From contig CM059431.1 of assembly GCA_030390025.1 (NCBI GenBank), positions 125,242,001 through 125,306,000 of the forward strand: a stretch of 64,000 nucleotides of DNA, in the 5' to 3' direction. The notes under the pieces are model-generated. The model saw only the letters and a list, made by a program, of their open reading frames with translations, was not told the origin of the DNA and did no database searches. This document shows, one piece after another, positions 26,194 to 39,789 of this stretch. The position numbers and the translations under genes are program-made. The stretch comes from Squalus acanthias (taxonomy: Eukaryota). Every line of letters starts with the position of its first letter. Positions within the stretch are counted from its first letter, which is position 1.

Positions 26194-27035
26194 GGGGCCT
26201 AAATTCAACATTGTTGCACCCATTCTACAGGGGTAAAACAGGCACAATAATAGCCAGCTGAAAAGTGCTCATCGTAAGTGCTCATCCTACCAACGACATA
26301 CACCTGAGAAATGCACCTAATCTGTGCCCCTTCTCCACATTATTTTCACTCAATCTTTATTTACCGTTGTAATCTTTCAAAATGAGTGAAATTGCACAGA
26401 AGGAAAACATTCTGTTCCCCTCCTTATCTTTCTCCCCTCCACCCCCACAACCCCCTCCGTACGCACTCCTTCATTTCTGAAATTGGTGGGTAATTGTGTT
26501 TCCACTGATGACAGCAACCTTCTGGTGCCTCCCACATTGGCATTTTTGAAGTGTGAGGCTGAGCATTGGGTACTGACAGGATGCATGAAAACACCAGGAC
26601 TGGACCAGGGAGTGTCTGATCCCTGTACCCGGGGCTGAATCGCAATCCCGGGGTGTTCCAGGACCTGGGGGGGAGGTCAGATCCCCAACTCTTGAGAGGG
26701 GCGGGCTGATGTTTGGGGAGCTTGGGGGGTCAGAAGGAAGCACTCTTGCTCCACAAGGATTGCTCCCCGAGGCTGAGGCCGCCTCATTGCAGCCACCGGG
26801 ATCCCCAGCCGCCTACAGTAAAACCTGCAAAACCGGTTAAAGTAGAGGCTTCAGGCCTTATTATAATATTTAAATTGCCAACCCGCCTCCTGGCAGCGGG
26901 TTGGCAGCCGCCCCCCCGTCCCGCCTGAGTGAAAGGTGAAAGTGGGCGGGTTGGTTTTGGGTTTTACATTTGTACAAGTTTCAATTTGCCCCACGTCTCC
27001 AACCCACCCGTTCTTACCTCTGAAAATTCTGGCCC
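26194..27035. mobile_element. Degraded Harbinger-type MITE(s)
   Basis: ggggcctaaatt start and aaaattctggccc end; 26820-27015 matches the right half of 36888-37488. Confidence 0.5.
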
Positions 27036-28109
27036 TGCCACAGCTGAGCTTGCTTTTGCACAGAACAATTGCTTAATCTGCTAAAACTGAGGTGGGGAGG
27101 GGTGGGTGGGAATGTCTTCATCATTGCCTCCCCCTTCGAAAATTCTCTGTAGGACACGGTGCTTGATAGGACAAAAATCCAATAAATTATATAGCACACA
27201 ATGCGAGGTACATATCTTTTGTTGACAGTACATTCAAAGAAAATTGCAAAATTGTATTGCAGATTTGTTCTTAGATGCGGCATGTGGACATAATTGTGAT
27301 CTTTGCAGGGTTAAAGGCACGGGGGAAAGGTTTGCTTTTGATCGAGCCTTTGAATCCACTAATATTTTGGCCATGGCTGCCAGTTGATTAATGATTTTCA
27401 TATAATGGAGAATAGCCCAATTTTGCAAGAGTAGTATTATTTAGTATATTTCTGTGATTTCTTCTTTAGACTTCACCTTCTATTCAAAGACCCTTAAAAT
27501 TCAACAGTGGTTTTATAAATTCACTAAAGTGAGTCATGTTTTTTGCCACCATCATGACATGTGGCTTTCTCATATTTAACTTCCGTGCTCTGCAACTGCG
27601 TTGAAATTGTGTTGTGTGATATTCATACAACACATGTTAAATTGTTCTAATATAATTACACTGTCTTTTGTTTTTAAACAAAGGCATTAATCGATTTATT
27701 TTAAATAGGTTAATGCCTTCCTTTAAGTATCTGACAAAAGCTTTTGCTTATAACATCTCTCCAAGTGGACTGAGGGCAGCAACACTCTAATATTTGAATT
27801 TCATCATTTGATCGTTAACCCAACATAATCTGGGTCTCTCCACCAAACATTGGCCTTCCATGTAGCATTTGAGAAAGTTACTTTAGATCATTTGCTTACT
27901 TATCTTCATGGAAAAGAGGAAATAATAATCCATTGCCCTGTATCATCAAAACAACAAAACATGATCTGTCTTTGCACTCCCAGTGGGGTGCCTGAATTTC
28001 CAATATTTTTTGCCGTGGGTGAGGCTGCTAACCAAATTATGAAGTCAGGAAATATCCCCTCTGGGGCTGCATGCTTGGAACAGATTATACATGATGCACC
28101 AAACTCATT

Positions 28110-31100
28110 GGGGGTTAAATGGGGCTGTGTAGTGCCCGTTTTGTCGGTGCTCCGCGACCAACTAAGACTCGAAAACACTTCTAATGGGAAGTGCCCAGGA
28201 TGCCACCTTGGTAAAGGGGTTCGTGCGCGCATGCCAAACAACTGCCGGCAGCATGCAGAGCAGGCAGATTATGACGCGAATCAGTGTACAATGCTGATTT
28301 GAAACCAGCGCTGCCATTTTGCAACTCCACACTTTAGCCAATGCCCTGGCTTAACCTCACACAGCTGAACACGACATTAAATGGAATGAAGGAAACCCTA
28401 CCAGCGCTATTTAATGGAATCATGAACTACTTACAGGTTAGTTGTTGGATTATTTCTTCTGGTTGCTGGTGCAATTTTACACACTATTGGAACTATCCTA
28501 TACTTGGCTAAAGTTTAAGTAAGTACTCTACAGACAGTGGTCTAGCTGGTCTTGAAGTACCTTTGGTGTCATTTAAAATATTGTCCTGAAAAAAATGTTG
28601 CTTCCAGACATGGGCAACCTGGTATGGCTTCCTCTAGGAATTGAACATGACTGAGAGAATGAAGAGAGGCCATGCAGAGCAGAACAAACTGTTAGAAGAG
28701 GGAGGAGGAGGAAGTGGAGGAAGAGAAGGAAGTGCAAGAGGAAGTGGAGCAAGAGTAAGCAGAAGGGAGGCTACAATGCAGACATGCCCTTTCTGCCAGG
28801 GCTCTACATGATCAGATTATTCATGAGCATTACCAGTAACCTAAACTACACTTCCCCATTCACCAACAGTTCCACACTCTTTACCTTTCCTCTATCACTG
28901 ACTATCACATCATCCTCTTTCTGACAACACTTACTGGTTCCTCCCTCAGTTCACCACAGCAATAAAAACCACCACCAAATGTAAATTCAAATCCAAATTC
29001 AACAATTCACTTATTAAATAATGCATACAAAATGCAACTAATCAACATTGTGCATTCCCTTAGTGCCTGTCTTACATGTGCCTTTACCTTTCCTAGTGCT
29101 CCTACGAGGTGCTTCCCCAGTAGCTGCAGCATGGGTGGTGGAAGGCTGCTGACTTTCAATTGAGGAGACTGCAGATGGCTTTGGAGGATAACCTGTGGCA
29201 ACTCTGAGCCTAGAGCACCCAGCTTCAGACTGCACCATCTCAGCCTGGGCGGCAGCAGTCTGGGCCAGCTGGCTGACAGGTAACAGCAAGGGCACTGGCA
29301 GAGTGGCAGGAGTGGGAGCAGGAATGCTGTCATCCTGAACGAGGACAGCAGATTCCTGTTCTATGAAACCAATGCCACGCAACCGGGCCAGCATCTCAGC
29401 AATCCTGGTGATCTGTCAGAGTACAGTTTGCTGGACTGCTCTGAGGCACTGGAAGCCCCTTTAAACAGAGGTATTCAAAGTCACAATGGCAGCAGTCTGA
29501 GCTTCCAAGGTAGCAGTCTAAGCTTCCAATGCAGCACTCAGCCCTTTGATGGAAGCTGTTTGTGCTCCAATGGAAGCTGTGACATCAGTCATCAGATGCT
29601 GCATCATGTTGGGTTCCACAGGTGTGCTGATGGAGGTGATCACCCATTCCATGGTCGAAAAGATGGGCTCCAAGGTCTGCGCAAAGCCCTGTGCCTAGTT
29701 GGTGCTGGAGTCCTCTCTGCTCCTTGACATTGGCCCGAAAATTAAACCTAATACGCGAGAGTACGCACTGTGTACTCTCGCGTATTAGGTCCCGAATTGC
29801 TGGTTTCCTGCATGCACTGCGCATGCGCGGGAAACCGGCACTTCGTGAATTGCAAAGGGGGCGGTTCCTAAGTGAACCACGTGCGCGCTACAGGTTGTGC
29901 GCACGCAGTGCACTTAGGTTTTTTTATAGGTTTGAACGCGCAGGTAAGTGGTGAAGATTTTACACATAAAGAAAGCAGGCGTAGGACCCCCTTTTAACAA
30001 GGTAAGTAGTTAATTAAGTGTTATTTTAAATTTTTTTCAACAGGTTTATCTTTTTTAGAGACTTTAAAGAAAGGTAAGTTTATTTTTATAACATTTAAAA
30101 AGATTTTAAATTTTTTTTAAAAATTTATTTTTTGTTTAAAGTGGTTAATTTCTTTAACTATACTTATTTTATTAATGTGATGGCTTTTTTTAAATTTAAT
30201 TGAGGTTTAGCTGTTCTTTTGGGGGCTTGTAGTATTCATAGCTTTGACAGCCCTTGCTGTCAAAACTATGAATGAAAGATGGTGTGCTGCCATTGGCTCT
30301 AACTGAATCACGTGATCCCAGAGCTCGCACAAACTAATTGCGCCTCTGGGATACGCAAGCACTACATGGTTGCAACAGGGAGAGGATCTGAAACTAAAGT
30401 TCGTGTGGGCCCCAAACAAAAAGGTAGGCGCGGAGTGCGATATCGCGGGGAATCCTTACCCCCGCGGGAACCATCGATGTTTAATTTCTGGGCCATTGTG
30501 TGCAGGCCTTTCAGTGCACCAAGCATTTGGTTGTATATGCCCATCAGCCTTCTTCTGTAGCCTGGATCATTAATGTCCTTATCTGAGTCCTCTGCAGCAG
30601 AACAAGTGTGCGACCTCACCCTTGGCGCACTGCCAGCTGCGCTATCCTTTGCCCCGCCCTCGCTCCTGCGCACTTGTACCCAGTGTCTCACCATGTGCAG
30701 ATCCCTCCTCCATTCTAACCTCTAAAGTACACGCAGCAACAGTCTCTGAGATGGTAGTTGTGAGTGTAAGATCGAGTGACGGTGTCTCTTTATCACTGCC
30801 TTCTTCTATTTCATCCACTGACTGGGAAGGTTCCAGTTTTTGGATATCAGAAATGAAAAAGGGACAAGGGTTGTGTTGCAGTGAGGGGAGGAGAAAGTAA
30901 GAAGTATGCACTTAAAACATCTGCAGCTTGTGAGTCAGAAGAAATTGTGGGATGAGCGAGAAGTATGAAGAGGGAAGGAGGATTAGGTATGCAGAGATTC
31001 TCATCATCGATTTCTCCAGTGCCGCCAGTGGCCACAGCCTGAGTGATGCCCCTTCCCATGATGGCCAGCATTGTCTCCTCCATGTGGGTTAAAACATGCA

Positions 31101-31900
31101 GGTGCACTTTCCCTCCTCCAGTTTCTTGCTGCTGCCTGCTGTTATGCATCACCTTTTCCTGCAAGAAAGAGGGAAATGTGTCAGTGAGTGACGTTCAATA
31201 TTTTTGGGTGATGTGGCTGTCATGGTTACATAGCTGCCAGTGTGTGCGAGTTGTGTGTTGTCGGTCAGAGGCTTGCAATGATGCTAAGTGTGTGAAGGTG
31301 AGGTGAATCAGATGAATTGAAGGGTTGAGTACTGATTGATAGAAATTGGTATTAGGTGGGTAATGGGGTTGTAGTGAATTGAGCAATGGATAAGGCTAGT
31401 GGTGCAGTTGGTAGGATTTGCCATTTGAAGATTGAACTCACTCATCTTGACAACTCGTGTCAGATCATTAAACATCTTTCTGCACTGCAGCCGTGTTCTT
31501 GGAGCTATAATCTTGGCATCGACCTTCGCCGCTATTTGTTCCCACTGCCTCCTGAGCATACGTCTGGAGGGCCTCCTGCCCTCCTGTGGATACAGGGTGT
31601 CTCTCCTTCTCTCCACCTCTTGCACCAAGACTTACATTACACTGTCAGAAAACATTTGTGTACACTCTCTCACACATTGAACCAGCTTGACAAAATTCTT
31701 CAAAATCAATTAACTGTTTAATACCACTTCCAGGAGCCACAATGCACCTTCCCTTTAAGAGGTACAGGCTACCTTTAAGTAGCACGAGCCACTCACGATA
31801 TTGGGCTCCCTGTTGATATGTGCAGCCAATGAAAAGTGCAGGTAACGCTGGCTGCACACAGCAATCATGTAAAACAGCAGGCAGCACAAATTTAACATCC
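28110..31900. mobile_element. Decayed Harbinger with internally deleted transposase and Myb gene on - strand (ends approximate)
   Basis: Myb exons: EVERRRDTLY..QCRKMFNDLTRVVK (31308-31628), EKVMHNSRQQQETGGG (~31160-30990), exon 3 from ~30850 to EAPRRSTRKGK (29038). Only transposase N- and C-termini remain at ~28610-28838 (+). Confidence 0.8.
29732..30494. mobile_element. MITE (763 bp) inserted into a Harbinger Myb exon
   Basis: TIR ggcccgaaaattaaac / gtttaatttctgggcc; 3-bp TSD ATT; removal restores the ..GLHTMSRSREDSS.. frame. Confidence 0.85.
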
Positions 31901-32406
31901 TTGGGTTTACCTCAGTAGATTCTATGTGATCATGCATAACATAGAGCCCTAATGATATAGTGTTGACCCACTTGTAGCTGCAAACAGGTATTTTGCTGAT
32001 CCCAGTGATAATATTTGAGCAACTAAACGGCACAGCACACCGGCTGCACATGGCGAAGAGCCAGCCGCGATTTCGAGGTCCCGGCCTGCTGAACATTGGG
32101 CCGGCGAGCTGCAGGTACCAAAGGGGCAGATTAAGACTGACAAATGTTGGACCACCTTACTCCAGAAAGTATTTCAAACTTACCTTTACTGGACCATCAA
32201 TAGGCACTGCATTGTTGGTGTTAACGGGGCAGTAAGGCTACTGACCCTATTTTGAGGCCGATCCCACCCAGATATCGCCAGGCGCAACAAGTTAAAATCA
32301 CCTCCATTGTCTCTGGGTAGGGATAGGAAAATCAGCCACTGCTATCCTGTGATCCCTACTGTAAGTATATACATCCGAATATTGGGTAAAGGCATGTTCA
32401 AATCTG

Positions 32407-33264
32407 AGGCGCGATTTTGCCAGCCCTGGGGAGGCGGGTATGGAGGCGGGACTACCGGGAAAATGGCAGAATTTGGGGGCGGGTTCCCAACCCGCCCCCA
32501 ACCCGCCCCCAACCCGCCTCCATGCCATCTTGCCAGGAGATGGGTAGCCGTCCCGCGCCGGGTCCCATCTCCTTGGAGGCGGGATGGGGATTATTGCCAC
32601 TTAATAGCCTGTTAACAGGTAGTTAACAGGCAGATAAAAGGATTATCCCCATTTTACCCACAAAAGTGCGGGCTTCCCTAAGGCTCCGAACCCCGCCAGG
32701 GTCACCGAGGTGGGTAGTGGGTCTGTGGGAGTTGGAGGGGTCCAAAAGTGTGCTATGGAGGTAAGTGATGGGTGCAAGTGTGGAGAGGTGATTATCTGAG
32801 GTAACTGGAAAATGTTCGAAAAAGTGTACTTACCTTTGTTTCTTCCTGCAGGCTTCAATTGGTGGTTATGCGGAGAGTCTCACACCTCCACGGCAGAGAT
32901 GACAGATGGCCGTTACATTCTCCAATGCAACAACCATCTAAATTCTACAAAAGAAAGTGGTTTGCTGAGGTTTTGAATTCAAGAACTCATCAAACTACAG
33001 AGAATGTCAATGTTTGACAGCTTCACAGAGCTGTGAAACGATGACAATTCATCTGTCAAAAATTGTTGACAAATGAAACGTCATACGCTGACGTTCTCTG
33101 TAACTGGCTTTCCCTTAATTGGCCTGCTAAGCCCGCTAGGCGGGCTTAACAAGGTCAATCAAGGGAAAATAGCATGGGTTGGCCACAAGTCGATGGAGAC
33201 GGGATATCGACCCGACAAGCAGCAGTCCCGCCTCCAACGCGCCCCCATTGGCAAAATCACCCCC
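32407..33264. mobile_element. Non-autonomous Harbinger-type element
   Basis: TIR-like ggcgcgattttgcc / ggcaaaatcaccccc; multiple CCCGCC/GGCGGG subterminal motifs. Confidence 0.75.
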
Positions 33265-34004
33265 TAGGCTATGATAGATCCCACAGTTGGGCATCCTGCT
33301 GACACTCACCTACAGGCTTACACATGAAGGGCATCATTTGGCTTAGATACTAGAGGATTGCTAGCATCCATAAAAACAAAGTGCAGGAAGACAGACTTCC
33401 TATCGGAGAGGAGAAAGTAACATTTAAAAAAATATTTCACTAACTTGTCTACCAAAATGTTGGAGTGTTCATTCTTCGACCCTTTTCTGGGTTCCTGCTT
33501 TCACTTTGTTGGAACTCCTTTGCTACATTGTTGTCTTGCAATTTTGTTATCAATGCAATTCATTTGTATCATCATTGTAATCGTAAAGGGTTGAAACTCT
33601 TGAAAATAGATCAAACATCAACTCGTTACAGTGTTCCAACTCAAATAAAACCAGGCCATTTTATGGTGAACCACTAGAGAATATTCAACAATGAGAAACA
33701 TCTGCTAAAGATAGATAACATATGTCACCTTGTAAGATAAATACTTCATCCCCCATTAACATTTTACACATGCTATCGGTACTAAGCATCCTGCGGTGAG
33801 TTTAATGGATTAGTGTGTGGAGGAGGCTGAGGTGGGCGACACACCCGGGATAAGAAATCGGAGTGAGGCCCATCCAATTTTAACAGCCAGGCCTTATTCA
33901 AACGATGCAAGACCGAGTCCTTCCTGAACCCAGCAGGTGAGAACAGGATTTCAGGTGGCAGGAGGCTGCCACTGGAGAGCCAATTGTGGATAGTGCGCGA
34001 AGGT

Positions 34005-34110
34005 GGAGTTGAGGTAGAAGATCAGCCATGACATTGAATGGCATAGCAGGCTCAAAGGGCCCAATGGTCTACTCCTGCTCCTATTTTGTATGCTCTTATG
34101 TTCTTATGTT
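34005..34110 (+). mobile_element. CR1 3' tail fragment within a degraded MITE (~33790-34562)
   Basis: agatcagccatga...ctactcctgctcct...cttatgttcttatg tail. Confidence 0.7.
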
Positions 34111-34751
34111 GAGTGGATCCCGGCAGTAAGCTATGTGTTTGGGAGGGTTGCAGAGGGAGAGTAGCCTGGGCAGGGGAGGCCCGAGGTTTCCAGGTATGGA
34201 ACACTCCTCCTAGTCCTGGCCCACAAAGAAACAATAAAAAAAATTAAAGAAACTTACCTTTCTGAGACGCTTCTGGCCCCAGCTCCTCTTCCCCACGCGA
34301 ATGTATGGTCTTATGGGGAAGACACCAGCGCTACCGTGCACAGGCCAAGGATGAAGATTGCAGTCGGACTCCGATGATGTTATCTGCATAGTTAAAAAGT
34401 GCCCCGTGCCTTCCTGGGGGCATCCTGCTCTCCTGCTATAAAGAGCAGGTTAATATCGGGACAAGTAGCAAGGCAATGGGTTCACAGAGGGTAAGTTGCA
34501 TGGGGCAATTTAATCCTCCGCTCGCCACATTCCCATCCAACGGGGTGAGTTAATATGCCCCCTTTAACTCCCATTGCTTATGAAACTAACTCCAGAAATT
34601 TTGGAAGAATCATCACTAATGACATTGGGTGACGAGATACGCATTCTGACCTACTTCTGGTTCACACCAGACAGAAAATCTAGTCTAGTAATTACAACAT
34701 GGGGCAGGCAACATTTTATTGATATATATCGGGTTCTTAGTTGCAATTTTA

Positions 34752-36748
34752 GGGGCTGGATTTTACCAACCTCGGTGGGTCCAGGGCGGGCAACGTCCTT
34801 GTCAATCCGGGCCTCTGACATGATTTTACGATGATTGGGCTTGTGAAGCCCGCCCTGCGAGGCTCCCGGCCAATTAAAATGAAGCGTGTCTGATGGCGTC
34901 ATCAGCCGGTTTCCTTAAAGGGACCATGTCCACAATCATCTTGACAATTGTGCTGTCAGTGTTCTGCAGCATTGAGGTGCTGCAAACACTGCACAAAGTG
35001 CACGGCTGCACCCAGGCTCTCCCATGACTCCCTCCGTATGCTTATGGAGGGAGTCACAGCACGCAGAGAGGTTCTCTTCCCTTCCAATGGACGTAAGAGA
35101 CCTCCCCAGGAGACCAACGCAGCCTGGTTGCACATTGCACAGGAGGGCACAAGCAGGGATGTGGTCAGGAGGACCTGGCTGCAGAGGCACAAACCTTTCA
35201 ATGATCTCAGTGGATCACAAAACATTACTGCAAAGGCACACTCAGCCTCATCCTGCAGCATCACCAGGCACACCAGCAGCACCAACAGCAGCACCAACCT
35301 TCTCCGCAATCACCTGATGCTGCACAGGACACAGGGCATCAGCACCTGACCACATTGCTGCTCGGGACGCCAGGGATGGCCTCACCATGGTCACATTTAC
35401 TTCACTTGACGCTGTACACCTTGGCTGCCACATGATGCACAGCATGCAGAGAGGTTCTCTTCCCTTCCAATGGGCGTAAGAGACCTCCCCAGGAGACCAA
35501 CGCAGACCAACTCACTCTGCATTCCCTACCCTACTCCTGCACATCCTTACTCACACCAACTTACCTTGCGCCTCCACCCATCCCTCTCTATCTACATTAT
35601 CACTTCCCCATCTCACTAGCCACCCCTCAGACTCACCCTCATCCTTGTCCAATCATATCAACTAACAACACACAAGGGTAGGCACTTGGGTGCTTTAGCC
35701 AATGTTCATTTAAAGTTTCTGTTAATATGTTGTCAAACATTGAAATCTTTATTTTCAACACTTTGCCTTCTTGGACAGATCTGTGTGCACCTTTGAAAGT
35801 GGCTTAGTGAGTTACAATGAATGGTGATACATAACGGTACCCTTCCACCCCCCAATGGTGATGAGTGTGAAAGGAATGGCTTGGGCATTGTAGGGATACT
35901 TTATGGTGTTGGTGTGGGGTGGTGGCAACCTGGTGCATCATGTGGCAGCCAGGGTGTACAGCGTCAAGTGAAGTAAATCTGGCCATGGTGAGGCCATCCC
36001 TGGCGTCCCGAGCAGCAATGTGGTCGGGTGCTAATGCCCTGTGTCCTGTGCAGCATCAGGTGATTGCGGAGAAGGTTGGTGCTACTGTTGGTGCTGCTGG
36101 TGTGCCTGATGCTGCTGGTGTGCCTGGTGATGTTGCTGTTGGGGCTGATCGTAGTGGGATTCTGAGGACCAAGGTGAGATATTTTCAAGGGCACCGATGC
36201 TGATGGAATAGATGGCAGGTGAGGTTGAGATGACAGAAGCGATCTGTCAATGGTGAGAGAGGTTGCTCCAAGAAGGTGACACTGGATAGAGAGTTTGCTC
36301 CAAACACTTCAAACCTCAATAAAGCTGAAAAGTGTATTCCAAATCCTGAAGGCTCCAGCCTCTAAGATTGGAAATTGAACAGCTGTGAAATGGTAGCTTT
36401 TATACCACTTTTGCAGCTGTCAACTATTCACAGCAATGCAGAGTCATTGAGAACCCGACACACTTACCTGACGTGATCCCTGAGCACCGGAAACCTTGTA
36501 AAAGACATGGAAAAATCATTAGGACCTGGTAAAATGCTACTTCAATACCTTTAAGCAGCTTCTTAGGTATCTCAATTGCCTGACCTGTCGCTTAGTGCCG
36601 GGTCTAAAACCGCAGGCAGAGCCAGCACTTGGGAAATTAACAAGGAGGCGGGTTCAGAGCGGACTTCCACCCCGCTGTCAATCACTGCCATTTTGACAGC
36701 GGACCCGCCTCCAAACTCACACTCGCAGCGCCGGTAAGATTGCGGCCT
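34752..36748. mobile_element. Rearranged non-autonomous Harbinger derivative
   Basis: ggggctggattttacc / ggtaagattgcggcc ends; Myb exon 1 remnant (APRLSHDSLRMLMEGV..RRTWLQRHKPFNDL). Confidence 0.75.
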
Positions 36749-36862
36749 TGATGTTTACGATGGTCCTGCTGCAGTCTAAGTTTGACATGATTCACCCATT
36801 GACTTGAGGTAAAAATATTACATACCTTGCTGATAGTGAAAAAATATAGGCCTCACAGATAG

Positions 36863-37629
36863 GGGGCAACATTTTCCAAGACCCTTTGGGCTGAATTTTA
36901 ATGGGAAAAGGCGGGTTGGGAGCGGGGGGCTCCGAAGTGGTCAGCAAACCCAGGAGAACGGGTTTCCCGCAGGCCCTGCTGAATTTAACAGCAGGGCCTG
37001 ATTTGCATGGTGGGGGGGCCGGAGGAGATGGGGAGGGGCAGCCTCGTGGTGGGGATCGGAGGCCGAGGGGGTGGGGAGAGGCCTGTTGGGGGAGATTGGA
37101 GGCCTGGGGCGGGGGAATTGGTTGCCAGGGGAAGGATCGGAGGTCTCGTGGGGGGTTTCCATACGTGGGAGGTAGTTTAGGTAGAGACGCTGTATTCAGT
37201 GTAACAGCACTTACCTCCTGAATCCTGCAGTCCTCATCTTGCCTTAGCTGGCGGGTTTCACAAGGCCTGCAAAACCCGACCAGCTAAAGTTAAAATCAAA
37301 ATAGAGGTTAAAGCAGAGGCTTCCAGCCTCATTATAATATTTAAATAGACGCCCGCCCCCCAGTCCCGCCTCCGTAAAAAATCGAAGTGGGCGGGTTGGA
37401 GTTGGTTCAGGTCCCGATTCAAATTTTTAACATTTTAACTTCACACATGCCCCCAACCCACCTGTTTTTTTAGGTTAAAATTCCCCCCTTTTTAGTCACT
37501 AGTGGGACCTTGCACACACCAGGCAGCTTATCAGAAAATCATGGGTGTGCTGTCTGCAATTTTCCAGTAAGCCACCTGTTATGTGCAAGGCCCTGATGTT
37601 GGGCAGCAGGGTCTTGGCATGTTTTGCCC
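36863..37629. mobile_element. Older palindromic MITE interrupted by a younger Harbinger-type MITE (36888-37488, TSD TTT)
   Basis: Outer arms gggcaacattttccaagaccct / agggtcttggcatgttttgccc; inner TIR gggctgaatttt / aaaattcccccc flanked by ttt. Confidence 0.7.
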
Positions 37630-38454
37630 ATGTATCATTATAGACCACCGTTTTACCAAACTTGCTTAAAATGTAAGTAGCTATTTGTTATTCTCTCCCT
37701 GAAGCCTCTTATTCCCAGTTAATTGTTTTATTTTGCTCTATCCCTTACTGTAGAAATGCAATATTTGATTAAGATTTGAGTCTTTTTGTTTACTTTATTA
37801 TTCTCCCCTCCTCCCTCCACAGAAGCTTCCTTTTTCTTCTAGTTATATATAATTATGAAAAATATTCTCTTCTCCCATGGTTCATGTGCAGTGCTTTTTG
37901 AAGCTACCATTGCCAAAGTGCTGCACCAGTGAGGTTTTTCGCTGAGCCTCCATGACCAGAACCTTTACCATGGACCGGGCTGGCTGACTAACTCTGGCTA
38001 CAACGTCCAACGTCACCATCTAAAGACTTCATAAACTACCCTGCTGACTCCACTGCGAACAAGCAGTCCACCTCAGTAACACCTAAAAAAAAACTGGCTC
38101 AGAATATTTATTTAATAATTTATAAAAAGTTAAAAAAATATATATTTTTGGACCCAGCCACACATGCACCACAGTTTTTATTTTTAGATTTTCTGGCTGG
38201 TTGTCACAGTAGAATCTGCGTATTGTAGTTTCACAGGAGCAGGTAAAAACTGCAACTGCCATCATTCATTTCTCTCCCTCTCACACATTTAAAGACAGAG
38301 GTCTAGATTTAAGATTGCCCTGCCTGTTTTTTGAGTCTGAAACGGGCTCAACAATAACCAATTTAGCATTGCATAGGTCCGTGCTGGATCTCCACGGAAG
38401 TTTGTGCCACTGCTAAATTCAATAATGAAATGAGGCTCCAGTGCTGATTTCAGT

Positions 38455-39700
38455 GTCGGTTCAGCCTCAGACAGATGCTCGGGAGAGGGATGGAGTCAGT
38501 GGCTAGGGAATGGAGTTTGTGGCGGAGCCCGAAGACAATGGCTTCGGTCTTCCCAATATTTAATTGGAGAAAATTTCTGCTGATCCGTACTGGATGTCGG
38601 ACAAGCAGTGTGTCAATTTAGAGACTGTGGAGGGGTCAAGAAAAGTTGTGCTGAGGTCGAGCTGGGTGTCATCAACATACATGTGGAAACTGATGCTGTG
38701 TTTTCGGATGATGTTGCCAAGGGGCAGCATATAGATGAGAAACAGGAGGGGCCAAGGATAGATCCTTTGGGGACCCCAGAGGTAATGATGCGGGAGCGGG
38801 AAGAGAAGCTGTTGTAGGTGATTTTCTGTCTACGATTAGATAGATAAGAATGGAACCAGGCGAGTGCAGTCCTGCCCAGATGGACGATGGTGGAGAGGCA
38901 TTGGAGGAGGATGGAGTGGTCAACCATGTCAAAGGCTGCAGACAAGTCAAGAAGGACAAGGAGGGATAGTTTACCTTTGTCACAGTCACAAAGGATGTCA
39001 TTTGTGACTTTGATGAGAGCCGTTTCGGTACTGTGGCAGGGGCGGAAACCGGATTGGAGGGATTCAAACATGGAGTTCCGGGAAAGATGGACACGGATTT
39101 GGGAGGCGACAACACGTTCAAGGACTTTGGAGAGGAAAGGGAGGTTGGAGATGGGGCGGTAGTTTGCAAGGATGAAGGGGTCAAGGGTTGGTTTTTTTGA
39201 GGAGGGGGTGATGATGGCAGATTTGAAGGAAAGGGGGCCAATACCTGAGGAGAGCGAACCGTTAACAATATCAGCTAACATGGGAGCCAGTAAAGGATGT
39301 TGGGTGGTCAGCAGTATGACAATTTAGGGGAGGGGTCGAGAGAGGTGGTAGTGAGGTAGAGCTGGGTGTCGTCAGCATACATGTGGAAACTGACACTGCT
39401 TTTAGATGATGTCGCCAAGGGGCAGCATGTAGATGAGAAATAGGAGGGGACCAAGGATAGATCCTTGGGGTACACCAGAGGTAACAATGTGGGAGCGGGA
39501 AGAGAAGGCATTGCAGGTGATTCTCTGGCTATGACTGGATAGATAAGAATGAAACCAGGCGAGTGCACTCGCACCCAGCTGGATGACGGTGGAGAGGCGT
39601 TGGAGGAGGATGGTGTGGGCAACTGTGTCAAGGACTGCAGACAGGTCGAGACGGACGAGGAGGGATAGTTTACCATTGTCACATGGTATGTAATTTATGA
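38455..39700 (-). mobile_element. L2 LINE RT fragments (two overlapping pieces joined at ~39310)
   Basis: NYRPISNLPFLSKVLE, QSGFRPCHSTETAL, LDLSAAFD, GVPQGSILGP, YADDTQLY; the RT core occurs twice. Confidence 0.9.
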
Positions 39701-39789
39701 CTTTGATAAGATTCAGTCCTCGGGCCCCTCCGTTCCAGCACGCCCTTAGTGCATGTCGCCGGAATCGTGCCTGTTTGGACGCTAAGGAA

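Noticed and set aside
27900..27937. Candidate - exon GNGLLFPLFHED with ag/gtaagc borders
   Set aside because: Too short to distinguish from chance and on the opposite strand to other candidates.
38188..38242. Candidate + exon IFWLVVTVESAYCSFTGA with ag/gt borders
   Set aside because: Isolated, no recognisable protein, no consistent partner exons; needs RNA-seq.
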